From: a virus
Lineage: Duplodnaviria > Caudoviricetes
Length of the DNA: 62,662 bases
Direction: 5' to 3' (one strand)
IMG/VR virus record: IMGVR_UViG_3300032322_000475
Coordinates: 1-62,662 of that record
Below the pieces are notes generated by a model. The model saw only the letters and a list, made by a program, of their open reading frames with translations. It did not search any database and had not been told where the DNA came from. Every line of letters starts with the position of its first letter. Within the stretch, counting starts at the first letter, position 1. A program made the position numbers and the translations under genes. Positions 29,101 to 37,849 of the stretch are shown here, piece after piece.

Positions 29101-31846
29101 TCTTGGTGTACCTGTTGGTCGCATCAAGGATGAGGAGGTAATTGGCTTAATTGCCAACGCCCGCAAGTCTGTGGTGCGGGGTCCTGTTAAAGCGGCTATA
29201 TCAGCCAAGGAACAGGCCAAGTACAGCAAGCGGTCGGCCAACATCTTCAAAGGTCTGAACGAGCAGGTAAACAATCTGCCGGGCATGGACTCCCAGCTAG
29301 CTGAAGACTTCAAGAATTCTATGTCCAACCTGCCGGACAAGATTCGTGGTGCAGCGTTGGGCTTCTTGACCATGCCGCAGATAGAAGAGGTCTACGGCAC
29401 TCAACTGCCGTCGTTGAAAAAGCTGACGTCCGCGCTTGAGTCTCGGGCTGCTGACATGATGCGCCGTCGGCAGAACATCTCGAAGAATATTCAGGACTGG
29501 TACAAGATAGCTAACAAGCACAAGGCGCTACTGCCACGGTTCTTTGCGATTGCTAACCGCACGACGTTGGATCAGATCGACGTGCTTGATCCGGCAGAGG
29601 CAGACAACCCGCTGACCAAAGAGTTCAAGAAGTTGCCGCAGGATTTGCAGAACGTCTACAAGCAACTGCGCGAGGACTACAAGAAGTCGTCCGATGAATA
29701 CATGTCTTTGCTGCTATCGAACCTGAAGCAGAGTAAGGCATCGGAAATCAGGCTGAAGATGGAAGCCAAGCGGATGAAGGTGTACCTGCCGCTCTTCCGT
29801 ATGGGTGACTACTGGGTGTCGTACAACGATCAGAACGGCGAGCGTGTGTCTATGGCGTTCGAGAGCGTGCGTGAAGCCAAGCAGGCGGCTGACAAGGCGC
29901 GGGCTGACGGCATGGACGATGTCAAGGAATTCACCCGTCTTCAGCAGATTACCTATCGCTCCGCCCCACCGACCGGCTTCATGGGATCTGTGGTCAAGCA
30001 GCTAGAGGATCAGGGCGTCAAGCCGGAAGTGATTGACGGCATCTACCAGACTTACCTGTCGCTGTTCCCAGCGCAGTCTGTACGCCAGCAGTTCCGCAAG
30101 CGTGAGGGCAGACTTGGTTTCCGTGAGGATGTGTTCCAAGTGTACGCAAACGTGGCTACACGCATGGCAAATCAGCTTGCCAACATGAAGAACGCAGAGC
30201 CGCTGGAGTCCGCTGTTACTGGCGTACGTGAGGAGTTCGAACAGAACCCGACGATGGAACTGCGTGATGTTGTGGACAACATGCAGAAGCAGTTGGACTT
30301 TATCCGCAACCCGGTCAACGGCGATCTGGTGAACAAGGCTAGCTACTTCAGCTATATGTGGTTCATCGCTGGCAACGTTTCCAGTGCGCTTGTCAACCTG
30401 ACTCAAATGCCGATTGTGGTCTACCCGCTTTTGGGTGGTAAGTATGGATTTGGCCGAGCAGCAGATGCCATGCGCTTGGCGACGGCGCAATACTGGAAGG
30501 GCGGCAAGGATGACAACAGCGAGTTCCTGCCTGACTGGACATTTGGTGCCAACGCCAAGGGTGAGTTGAAGCAACTGTACGACAGGGCTGTACAGTCTCA
30601 AGCGATCAGGCGCTCTACCGGCTACGAGATTACAGAAGCACGCAAGGTGAAGGTGGAAGACTTTACAGGCAAGCGTGCAAAGATCGAACACGGGCTAGGC
30701 TGGATCTTCCAGAACTCGGAACGCGCCAACCGTGAGATTACGCTGATAGCCGCATTCAACCTAGCGCGAGAGGGTGTCAAGGGCAAGCCTGGGATGTCGG
30801 TGGATGACGCCATCGACTACGCTCTGTCCGTGGTGAATGACGCACACGGCGCAGCGCTGGCAGAGATTGGTCCACGATACTTCCAGCAAGGTATCGGCAA
30901 GGTAGCCTTTACCTTCAAGCGGTTTGCCCAAGCGCAGATCTATCTGCTCGGTCGTCTATTTCATCAGGCATTCAAGGGCGTAGACAAGGACACCCGCGAT
31001 CTAGCTCGCAAGCAGCTACTGGGTATTGCCGGTATGTCCTACATCTTTGCTGGTATCCAAGGTATGCCGCTGTACGGCGCGGTGTCTGTACTGGCTAACA
31101 TGTTGGCTGACGATGATGACGAGCCGTTTGACATGGACGCTACTGTCCGCGGAGCCTTTGGTGACATCGGATACAAGGGTCCGGTCAACGCCCTGCTAGC
31201 TGTGGATATCGCTAGCCGTACGGGCTTTAACGGATTGTTGTGGCGCGATGACCCCAAGCGGTTGGCAGAGATAGGTCCTACGCTGTACGCCATCGAACAA
31301 GCTGCTGGCCCAGCCTACGGCGCGTTCAGGAATGCAGAGCGTGGATTGAAGCTGGTGCAAGAAGGCGAGTGGCAGCGTGGTATGGAAGCGTTGTCACCCA
31401 GTTTTGTACGCAACGGCTTGAAGGCTTTCCGTCTGGGCACGGAGGGGGCGATGACCAAAGATGGTGTGCCGATTACTGATGACATCGGGGCGTACAACAC
31501 CTTCATGCAGATCTTTGGGTTTAACCCTGCGGCGCTTGCAGAAGCACAGGCTCGAGCTGGTGCAGAGAAACGTGCGGAACGAGCCATCATGGATCGTCGG
31601 GCGGCTCTGCTTGAGAAGGCGTTCTTGGCACGGCAGGAAGGTGACTCTGACGGTTTGTCAGACGTCATGGAAACCATCGGCAAGTTTAACGAAAAGAATC
31701 CAGAGGTTCCTATTACTGCCAAAAGTCTGCGGGCATCTGCTCTATCTAGGCAGCGCAAAATGGCAGAGAGTACTGGCGGTGTGTACTTGAATCCTAAGTT
31801 GCGCAACCGCCTGATGGAAACTTACGGCGGCGGTGAAGAAGACTAA
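26192..31846 (+). CDS. 1884-aa polyvalent ejection protein (zincin metallopeptidase + PLxRFG-like domain)
   Basis: AITLAHEALGHFGL...EEVLAE; YLPLFRMGDY; largest gene, at the end of the virion module. Confidence 0.75.
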   Translation: MAQYKVTSPEGKQYVVNGPAGASREQVLEVLKYKLEAEERPERSLGQEITAGFARGKERLKSALGDVLPAMVASGLGFEDYAKKQMAEAAQSERDIAEFNPPSFRSYKDVTGPRSALGYVAETLSETAPDILASLLPGGVGGAAARRIGTAGLRELGAAGAEQIARRGAMGEAAGVYLGSYAQNAPEVFQSIYNETGQLEPGVAAIFGSVSAGLDSILPASILRSMSAPVKVGVVEKILERSGMEPSLLRKVVAQVPGNAAREGLTEAAQEAINITAEDFVKKTDRIWDSEDWNRIVESGIRGSIAGGAFGVPGSVAERVRERAAEPERLAQDIATEEERLAQIVPEAPLETLPPPMVKIDRNDLLQAGLKPQSVYVRELTGKDPSIPEEASQIEATLAKMRKNSKMDPEVLASVENVIEAYKARPAEDTVAAEQPTPALFSRTPKTSPVKTYKTADGYTFYELPTGEVVDNLNPNLVDISWPSKEQFFQDTEGTAYEVDDELGKRRAAIESVGSAKPIPERLATFFPDDAQAQFLRARNKQLAEQEAKDRRSQLRLVSDDETSTKSLFSAERKKTKERIPELEELAQGVIEGRVTKEQYDEGVKAFKPVTPYTEIPAPATSADLERSLSTDKRERIYSPREELEEGYPVGLRLDIPAYTNHGVWAISVHEQQKNFNAGKSIGYDSVAAITEPTFGAVEKAALSIAAGKAKSTIAVVKGKWKPLTEKEAVAQAKAALKDKNWAQVGMDPTRHAYFYDRKTGEPVVSGDEAIMVGPLVLVKNPVYAPKDQFLFSSSPLVNAPPNERGMSRDAVENVVQTIKRTWTNAPAHVTVQSVSDLPKALREQAERDGVNPRGVYEPDSQIVYLVADNIPNQAQAAITLAHEALGHFGLRVVLGKNFNRMMDDLYRTNKMVRDRADEKIKEGDDQRTAVEEVLAEMAQEVYDTRVPENKNKISALQKVINAIKQFLRNLGVPVGRIKDEEVIGLIANARKSVVRGPVKAAISAKEQAKYSKRSANIFKGLNEQVNNLPGMDSQLAEDFKNSMSNLPDKIRGAALGFLTMPQIEEVYGTQLPSLKKLTSALESRAADMMRRRQNISKNIQDWYKIANKHKALLPRFFAIANRTTLDQIDVLDPAEADNPLTKEFKKLPQDLQNVYKQLREDYKKSSDEYMSLLLSNLKQSKASEIRLKMEAKRMKVYLPLFRMGDYWVSYNDQNGERVSMAFESVREAKQAADKARADGMDDVKEFTRLQQITYRSAPPTGFMGSVVKQLEDQGVKPEVIDGIYQTYLSLFPAQSVRQQFRKREGRLGFREDVFQVYANVATRMANQLANMKNAEPLESAVTGVREEFEQNPTMELRDVVDNMQKQLDFIRNPVNGDLVNKASYFSYMWFIAGNVSSALVNLTQMPIVVYPLLGGKYGFGRAADAMRLATAQYWKGGKDDNSEFLPDWTFGANAKGELKQLYDRAVQSQAIRRSTGYEITEARKVKVEDFTGKRAKIEHGLGWIFQNSERANREITLIAAFNLAREGVKGKPGMSVDDAIDYALSVVNDAHGAALAEIGPRYFQQGIGKVAFTFKRFAQAQIYLLGRLFHQAFKGVDKDTRDLARKQLLGIAGMSYIFAGIQGMPLYGAVSVLANMLADDDDEPFDMDATVRGAFGDIGYKGPVNALLAVDIASRTGFNGLLWRDDPKRLAEIGPTLYAIEQAAGPAYGAFRNAERGLKLVQEGEWQRGMEALSPSFVRNGLKAFRLGTEGAMTKDGVPITDDIGAYNTFMQIFGFNPAALAEAQARAGAEKRAERAIMDRRAALLEKAFLARQEGDSDGLSDVMETIGKFNEKNPEVPITAKSLRASALSRQRKMAESTGGVYLNPKLRNRLMETYGGGEED

Positions 31847-32124
31847 CTGTTATGGTGACGCTCTATGGTCATCGCCATCAGATCCCATTCGGTAAGCTTG
31901 TACCGTGTATAAAAGCCTTTGCTTCCTAACCCGTGGTAGCCAGACTGCCCCTGATGGTGCTCTGGACAAAGCGGAATCACAAGCCAGTCAGAAGCCCGCT
32001 GCGCCCCGCCCACCGCATCCCGCGGGTGGTGCAGGTGAGCAGGCGTATGACCGTAGCCAAGGTGATGGCAGAGTACGCAGCCAATGTTGGCTACTTCGTT
32101 CATGTACTGCTTAATCGTTTTCAA
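31843..32124 (-). CDS. Ref/DUF968-like HNH-type nuclease
   Basis: GCVLC...AHLHH...VIPLCPEHH. Confidence 0.7.
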   Translation of the reverse strand: MKTIKQYMNEVANIGCVLCHHLGYGHTPAHLHHPRDAVGGAQRASDWLVIPLCPEHHQGQSGYHGLGSKGFYTRYKLTEWDLMAMTIERHHNS

Positions 32125-32314
32125 TCTGCTCTGCCTCTAGGTTCGGGTCATAGTGCCGTTCCCATACTTCCTGCGGTATTTCAATTGACTGAAAGCGCTG
32201 CTTGCACTCGCGGCAAATCCGCTGGCGTTGCACAAAGTCGAAGGTACGGGAAACGTCTTGATACTTGCGGGTGTCGATTACTTGGGTAGGTTTGTCACAT
32301 GTCGGGCACCACAT
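32111..32314 (-). CDS. NrdR-like zinc-ribbon protein (no ATP-cone)
   Basis: MWCPTC...TQVIDTR...RQRICRECKQRFQSIE matches the NrdR N-terminal pattern. Confidence 0.7.
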   Translation of the reverse strand: MWCPTCDKPTQVIDTRKYQDVSRTFDFVQRQRICRECKQRFQSIEIPQEVWERHYDPNLEAEQIEND

Positions 32315-32430
32315 TTTTTGGCCTTATTTTTGAGTAGCATTCTTTACACATCCACTGCCGACGCTTACCTACTATTTTGAAGTAGCCCCCTGGCGTGCGC
32401 CTGAAGCTATAGCAGTACACGCACCAGCGA

Positions 32431-33342
32431 TCACTTGAGGAGTTTGTCTGCTGCAAGATAGATCGTCTCCAAAGAACTTAGCGTCGGTCTATATCCCAGC
32501 GCGTACGCGGCTGTGTTCGTAGAATAATAGTTCTCTTTGATGCCAGTTGCAGGAATGCCTGCCGGGACATTAACAATCTCATACTGCATCCCGTACCGTT
32601 TACTCATACAGTCCAGCAGCATTTGTTTTGTCACCGGCTGACGGCTGTAGCAGTCAATAGCGGTATTGAGATCCTGTCCTAGCAGGACGTTGATCATCTG
32701 GAAGAAGTCGAGTGAGCCGACGTAATCCCGCACGATTGGCGTTCTGTCTGCGCGGAACACGGTGCCTTCCTTCACCGCCCGAATCATGTCGTTGATCATG
32801 AACCGACTGTTCAGGTCAGCGGTGTGGCTGAAGTAATTGTAGATTCGTAGATCCATGATGCAGCCCGGTGTCACGCGGTGGCGCGTCTCTGCGGCTAGCT
32901 TTGCCAGCCCGTAATAGTGGTGCGGCTGGATGTTGTTGATAGGGTAGGTGGCACACTTGTGTGCGTCGGCAGGCGTGTTGAAGTTGTCGCCGAACACAGC
33001 ACCGCTACTGATAAAGATGTACTTGCAGTCGCGGTTCTCGACCAGATAGTCCAGCGCCATCTTGTCGAACGTCTCTGTGATCTGGAAGATATTGCTGCCC
33101 ATCTTCCTGATGCGCTCTGGGTTGCCTGCGCCGACGAAGTTGATGATGACGTCTGCGTTCTTAGCCATGGACGGAAAGTCGAAGTACGTCCGGGAAAAGA
33201 AGTTCTTCAGGTTGTGCTCGACCATCCACCGGCTCATGGCACTAGCGTCGCGGGAGAACAGTTCTAGGAAATGCTCGTCGCTGAAGGACGTAATTAGGTC
33301 ACGGGCAAGGTGGCTACTTGCCCCCATGATGATGATCTTCAC
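32431..33342 (-). CDS. NAD-dependent epimerase/dehydratase/reductase (extended SDR)
   Basis: IIIMGASSHLA, FISSGAVFG, YGLAK, RDYV. Confidence 0.85.
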   Translation of the reverse strand: MKIIIMGASSHLARDLITSFSDEHFLELFSRDASAMSRWMVEHNLKNFFSRTYFDFPSMAKNADVIINFVGAGNPERIRKMGSNIFQITETFDKMALDYLVENRDCKYIFISSGAVFGDNFNTPADAHKCATYPINNIQPHHYYGLAKLAAETRHRVTPGCIMDLRIYNYFSHTADLNSRFMINDMIRAVKEGTVFRADRTPIVRDYVGSLDFFQMINVLLGQDLNTAIDCYSRQPVTKQMLLDCMSKRYGMQYEIVNVPAGIPATGIKENYYSTNTAAYALGYRPTLSSLETIYLAADKLLK

Positions 33343-33350
33343 GTCGCCTC

Positions 33351-35132
33351 CTAGTCCATTAAGTCGATAAACATCAGGTTGCGCAACTCTTCCCTGTCCA
33401 CCAGCGGCACCATATCTTCGAGTGGCCGCGATGACATTGTGCCGTCCGAGCGCATGTACGAACCGATGGTTGGTTCCGTCGGCTTGTGCGGGTCAAGGAT
33501 GACCTCGATGATCTCTGGCTCGTTCGTGGTCAGCACGTTGGCGATCAGAGTTTTGATCTGCACGTTGCTGTGTAGCTTGCGATACCGCAGGCCGTAGCAG
33601 TTGGCAACGTTGGAGAACGACGGGATGTGGACGCCGGTATGCTCGGTAGATCCAACGTATCTACTGTCGAAGTACTTCTCCTGCGTAATCCTGATGGCGT
33701 GATACCCAGCGTTGTTGAACACGAATATCTTGATGGGCAGGTTATGGTGCTTGATGATGGCAAGTTCTTGCAGGTTGAGCTGTATGCCGCCGTCGCCTGT
33801 CACGCAGATGATCTGCTTGCCTGTTGCCATGTGCGCCCCGATAGCTGACGGCAGGCAGGATCCCATCATGGCTAGGTTCTTGGCACCGAACATCCGGGTG
33901 GAATCTTTTATCTTCAGCACCTGATGGCCGATGATGAATGCCTGTCCTGATCCTGTCGGCGTCAGCACGGCGTCATCCGGCAACTGGTCGCCCAGTTCGG
34001 CGTAGAAGTAGTACGGATCCACGTAGTGATCATCACGCACCGCCTGCATGGCAGGTGCAACAGGGAACCTGTCCTTGACCTTCTGGCAGTAGTCCAGCCA
34101 ATTCTTGTTGGCTCGTACCAGCCCTTGTTTCAGCAGTTCTTCTATCAGCTTCTTGGCGCAGACTCGTGAGTGCCTGCCGACATTCAGCCCCGGCTTGTTT
34201 GCCTCTGCTGGGTCAAGGTCAATCATGTCAACGAATGCCTGCCGGGCAAAGGTCTCAATGTTGTGGCTTGTATGCTGCACACCCAGTCGCGCCCCGATAG
34301 ACAGGATGTAGTCGGCGTTCTGGATGATGATGTTGGGGTAGCGTGGTCCGAACGAATTAGATCGCCCGAAGTAGTTGGGATAGCTGTCCGGGATCAGGTC
34401 TACTGCACCCCAAGTTGTCTGCACCGGGACGTTGAACTTCTGGGCTAACTGTCTAGCGGCATCCTTGCCACCGCTGGTGTAGGTGCCGTTGCCAAAGAGG
34501 ATCAGCGGACGAGCGGCTGTATGCAGCTTGTGCATGATGGACTGCACCAGCTCTGGTGTCGGTGCGGCGTTGGAACTAAAGCCGGTGAAACCTTCCTGCA
34601 AATCATGGCTGATGTCAGCGCACTGCACGTCCAGCGGGATGTCCAGCCAGACAGGTCCGGGGCGTCCGTCGTTGGCGATGAAGACGGCCTTCTCTAGTTC
34701 TCGCCTGACATCCTGTGGGGAGCTGATGAACTTGGCGTACTTGGTGATGGGTTTCACCACCTCGACGATATCCAGTTCTTGGAAGCCCCTGATACGCAAG
34801 TTCAGTCCGTGTGCCGAGAAGGTCTGGGTGATGTTGCCGGAGATGATCAGCATGGGTACGCTGTCTGCAAACGCTGACGCCACGGCGGTGATGGCATTCG
34901 TGCCGCCGGGACCAGAGGTGACAAACAGGACGCCCGTCGAGTTGACCGTCCTGCCGTAAGCGTAGGCTGCGAATCCACAGGACTGCTCGTGGTGCAGGTG
35001 CATGTACTTCAGGCCATCCGTTTTGCCCACGCTGTCCAGCAGGTGCATCATGCCTCCGCCGGACAGTAGGAATACGGTGTCCGTCCCTGTTAGCTCCTTG
35101 ATCCTCGAGCAGATGTAGTCAGAAGCCTTCAT
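33351..35132 (-). CDS. Thiamine pyrophosphate-dependent enzyme (acetolactate synthase-like, YerE-like)
   Basis: Start MKASDY (ATGA coupling); HHEQ, TSGPGGTN, GRPGPVWLDIPLDVQ, GDGG...NN TPP motif. Confidence 0.88.
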   Translation of the reverse strand: MKASDYICSRIKELTGTDTVFLLSGGGMMHLLDSVGKTDGLKYMHLHHEQSCGFAAYAYGRTVNSTGVLFVTSGPGGTNAITAVASAFADSVPMLIISGNITQTFSAHGLNLRIRGFQELDIVEVVKPITKYAKFISSPQDVRRELEKAVFIANDGRPGPVWLDIPLDVQCADISHDLQEGFTGFSSNAAPTPELVQSIMHKLHTAARPLILFGNGTYTSGGKDAARQLAQKFNVPVQTTWGAVDLIPDSYPNYFGRSNSFGPRYPNIIIQNADYILSIGARLGVQHTSHNIETFARQAFVDMIDLDPAEANKPGLNVGRHSRVCAKKLIEELLKQGLVRANKNWLDYCQKVKDRFPVAPAMQAVRDDHYVDPYYFYAELGDQLPDDAVLTPTGSGQAFIIGHQVLKIKDSTRMFGAKNLAMMGSCLPSAIGAHMATGKQIICVTGDGGIQLNLQELAIIKHHNLPIKIFVFNNAGYHAIRITQEKYFDSRYVGSTEHTGVHIPSFSNVANCYGLRYRKLHSNVQIKTLIANVLTTNEPEIIEVILDPHKPTEPTIGSYMRSDGTMSSRPLEDMVPLVDREELRNLMFIDLMD

Positions 35133-36361
35133 CCGTTTTCCTTTATAAACTCGTCGATGGTGTCGCAGACATAGGCCAGCATCTCCTCTGTCAGTGCAGG
35201 CTGTACGCCCAGCCAGAACGTGTTGTTCATCACGTAGTCCGTGTTCTCCAGCGTGCCGTGGACGCGGTAGTTCTGTCCCTGCAAGAACGGCTGCTTGGTC
35301 GCGTTGCCAGCAAACAGCAGGCGGCATCCGATCTGACGGCTCTCAAGGAACTGGGTCAGCGCATCTCGCGTGAACTTGGCAGTCGGCGATATCGTGATGG
35401 GAAACCCGAACCAACTAGGCGACGCATCCGGGTAGACGGTTGGGAACCAGAACTGATCGTAGGCATCCAGCCGCTGCCGCAGGTATCCGTAGTTGCTCTT
35501 GCGGGTAGAGATGAACTGGTACAGCTTCTCAAGCTGTGCCACGCCGCAGGCAGCCTGCATCTCGGTGATCCGCAGGTTGTAGCCCAGATGGGTGTAGACG
35601 TACTTGTGATCGTAGCCGTAGGGCAGTTCGCCAAACTGTTGATCGAACCGGCGCTTGCAGGTGTTGTTCTTACCTGGTTCGCACCAGCAGTCCCTGCCCC
35701 AGTCGCGGAAGGACTCGACCAGTCGGGACAGCTTGGTGTTGTTGATGATGACCGCCCCGCCTTCTCCCGTGGTGATGTGGTGCGCCGGGAAGAAAGACAG
35801 GGTGGCAAGATCACCAAACGTGCCGACGTTCTGATGACGCCAGCGGGCACCTAGCGCGTCGCAGCAGTCCTCGATAACCCACAGACCGTACCTGTCTGCC
35901 ACATCCATGATGGCATCCACGTTGAACGGATTGCCCAGCGTGTGCGCGATCATGATGGCTTTGGTCTTGCTGGTGATGGCTTGCTCCAGCGTACGGGTGT
36001 CGATGTTCAGGGTGCTGTTGACATCCAAGAACACCGGCACCGCACCGAACTGAATGATCGGCGCGATGGTGGTGGGAAAGCCGCAGGCAACGCTGATCAC
36101 CTCATCGCCCTTCTGGATTGCCCGCTTGCCTAGCGACGGGCTAGTCAGGGCAGAGAAGGCCAGCAGGTTGGCAGAGCTGCCAGAGCTGGTAGTCCTCACG
36201 GCCTTGCAGCCTAAGAACTTGGTCAGCCCTTCTTCCAGTTGCCGGTTGAATGCACCTGCCGTCAACCAGCCACGGTCGACAGCTTCGTGCATCAGCTCCT
36301 TCTCGCGGTCGCCTACCACCTGCCCGGAGGCAGGGATATAAGTCTGTCCGGCTGTAAACAT
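35129..36361 (-). CDS. rfbH: CDP-4-keto-6-deoxyglucose 3-dehydratase (RfbH/DdhC)
   Basis: SGSSANLLA, EDCCDALG, SFFPAHHITTGEGG (His in place of the PLP Lys), WGRDCWC...NTC Fe-S motif, GYDHKY. Confidence 0.9.
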   Translation of the reverse strand: MFTAGQTYIPASGQVVGDREKELMHEAVDRGWLTAGAFNRQLEEGLTKFLGCKAVRTTSSGSSANLLAFSALTSPSLGKRAIQKGDEVISVACGFPTTIAPIIQFGAVPVFLDVNSTLNIDTRTLEQAITSKTKAIMIAHTLGNPFNVDAIMDVADRYGLWVIEDCCDALGARWRHQNVGTFGDLATLSFFPAHHITTGEGGAVIINNTKLSRLVESFRDWGRDCWCEPGKNNTCKRRFDQQFGELPYGYDHKYVYTHLGYNLRITEMQAACGVAQLEKLYQFISTRKSNYGYLRQRLDAYDQFWFPTVYPDASPSWFGFPITISPTAKFTRDALTQFLESRQIGCRLLFAGNATKQPFLQGQNYRVHGTLENTDYVMNNTFWLGVQPALTEEMLAYVCDTIDEFIKENG

Positions 36362-37126
36362 TTACACCTCTTGTGGTTTAGGAGCCTGTGGCTTCTCTGT
36401 CAGGATGCCGTCGAACTTGTGGGTGCCGATGTGTGCAAGTTGCGCCCACGGTGCTGCCCAGACTGTGCCGCCGCAATGGTCGCGCCAGATTTTGCAGAAG
36501 TGGTAGTCCTCGGATAGCAGGCGTTCGCCCATCGGCTCAATGCTGGTGGCAAAGAACTCATGGATACGCTCGTTGCCCATGTTGCCGCCAAGATCGTTGG
36601 TGTCGTTGACATAGGTGGGTACGTGTTCCTTGAGCTGCTCGAAGACCTCGCGCTTGATCATCATGAAGCCCGTGCCACCGTTCCAAATCTCTACCGGCTT
36701 GTCCAGTTCTACGCGCTGCTCGTTCTGGTAGTTGACGAGATTGACCACGAACGAACCGCTGTACTTGCGCAGATCCTGTGGAGGTACGCCTGCCAGCGCG
36801 GCTGCATGGACGTTCGACCAGTTGATTTCCTTCTTGGGATAGATGCCGCAGATGATCGGCTTGTCAGACAGCAGCATGGGCAGCACGTCCTTGGGATCGA
36901 AGTGGATGTCCGCATCAATGAACATCATGTGCGTGAAGTCTGTCTTCAGGAAGCCATGGACTAGCGCGTTGCGGGCGCGTTGGATGAGCGACTCGTTGAA
37001 CAGAAAGCTGCACGCCATGTCTACGCGGTTCTCGCGCAGCATGTTTTGCAAGGTCATGATTGACTGTGCAAAGTAGCCAAAGCACTGGCCGCCGTACATC
37101 GGGGTCGCCACAAAAAGTTTTGCCAT
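36362..37126 (-). CDS. GT-A fold glycosyltransferase-like protein, paralog 1
   Basis: ATPMYGG, NESLIQRARN, FIDADI, GTGFMMIKR, LSEDYHFC. Confidence 0.75.
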   Translation of the reverse strand: MAKLFVATPMYGGQCFGYFAQSIMTLQNMLRENRVDMACSFLFNESLIQRARNALVHGFLKTDFTHMMFIDADIHFDPKDVLPMLLSDKPIICGIYPKKEINWSNVHAAALAGVPPQDLRKYSGSFVVNLVNYQNEQRVELDKPVEIWNGGTGFMMIKREVFEQLKEHVPTYVNDTNDLGGNMGNERIHEFFATSIEPMGERLLSEDYHFCKIWRDHCGGTVWAAPWAQLAHIGTHKFDGILTEKPQAPKPQEV

Positions 37127-37135
37127 TCCATTCTC

Positions 37136-37849
37136 CTAGAAGTTAAAGATCTGCTTTTTTGTCCATTCAAAGCCTGGACGATGCTGTGCCATCCACTCGT
37201 TGTTGCCGAGGAATTTCTCTTTGGTCATGCCACCGCTGCCGTCGCTAGACAGGCGGTAGCTGACACTGTGTTTGCCGGTAGTGCCGCACTTGATCTTGGC
37301 CTGCATCAGCGCAGCTTGGAACGAGCGGTCAGATACGATGGGCACGTACCACGCATGGCTGTGCTGGCGGGCGTGTTCTGTACGCACGGCGTAACATGAG
37401 TTGTCCACCAAGTAATGCCCGTGTGAGTTCCGATGGCAGCCGAGAGACTCGCAGTTGTCCTCGCAGACTGGGTTGCCGTCGTTGTCCACGATCTTGCGCA
37501 GGCTGTACGCCCAGCCAAGTTCATGCTGCTCCATCAGGTTGACGATGGATTCGATATGGTCAGGGTCATAGAAGTTGTCGTCGTCGAGGTAGAAGATCAG
37601 GTCTTCACCGACCAAGTAAGGAGCAGCAGCGTAAACAGGAGCCATAGCATAACCCCCGCCCCCGTTGGCAACTGGAAGATAAACAACATCAACGTCACTG
37701 CCCGCTGTAGCTGCCGCCGTAGCGTCCCAACAATCTTTACCGTGTGCGAAGACATAGTGTCTAGCCTTTATGGTTTGCGCCTTCACGCTGTCTATAGCCT
37801 GCCGGATCGTCTCGCGGCCTCGTGTGCTAGTGACTACGGCGATGTTCAT
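37136..37849 (-). CDS. Glycosyltransferase family 2
   Basis: AIDSVKAQT; IFYLDDDN DxD motif. Confidence 0.8.
   Translation of the reverse strand: MNIAVVTSTRGRETIRQAIDSVKAQTIKARHYVFAHGKDCWDATAAATAGSDVDVVYLPVANGGGGYAMAPVYAAAPYLVGEDLIFYLDDDNFYDPDHIESIVNLMEQHELGWAYSLRKIVDNDGNPVCEDNCESLGCHRNSHGHYLVDNSCYAVRTEHARQHSHAWYVPIVSDRSFQAALMQAKIKCGTTGKHSVSYRLSSDGSGGMTKEKFLGNNEWMAQHRPGFEWTKKQIFNF

Noticed and set aside
33351-35327. 658-aa ORF-track start, and an ilvB (amino-acid synthesis) call
   Set aside because: The extension overlaps rfbH and the true start is the coupled ATG at 35132; sugar-pathway context and no regulatory subunit argue against AHAS
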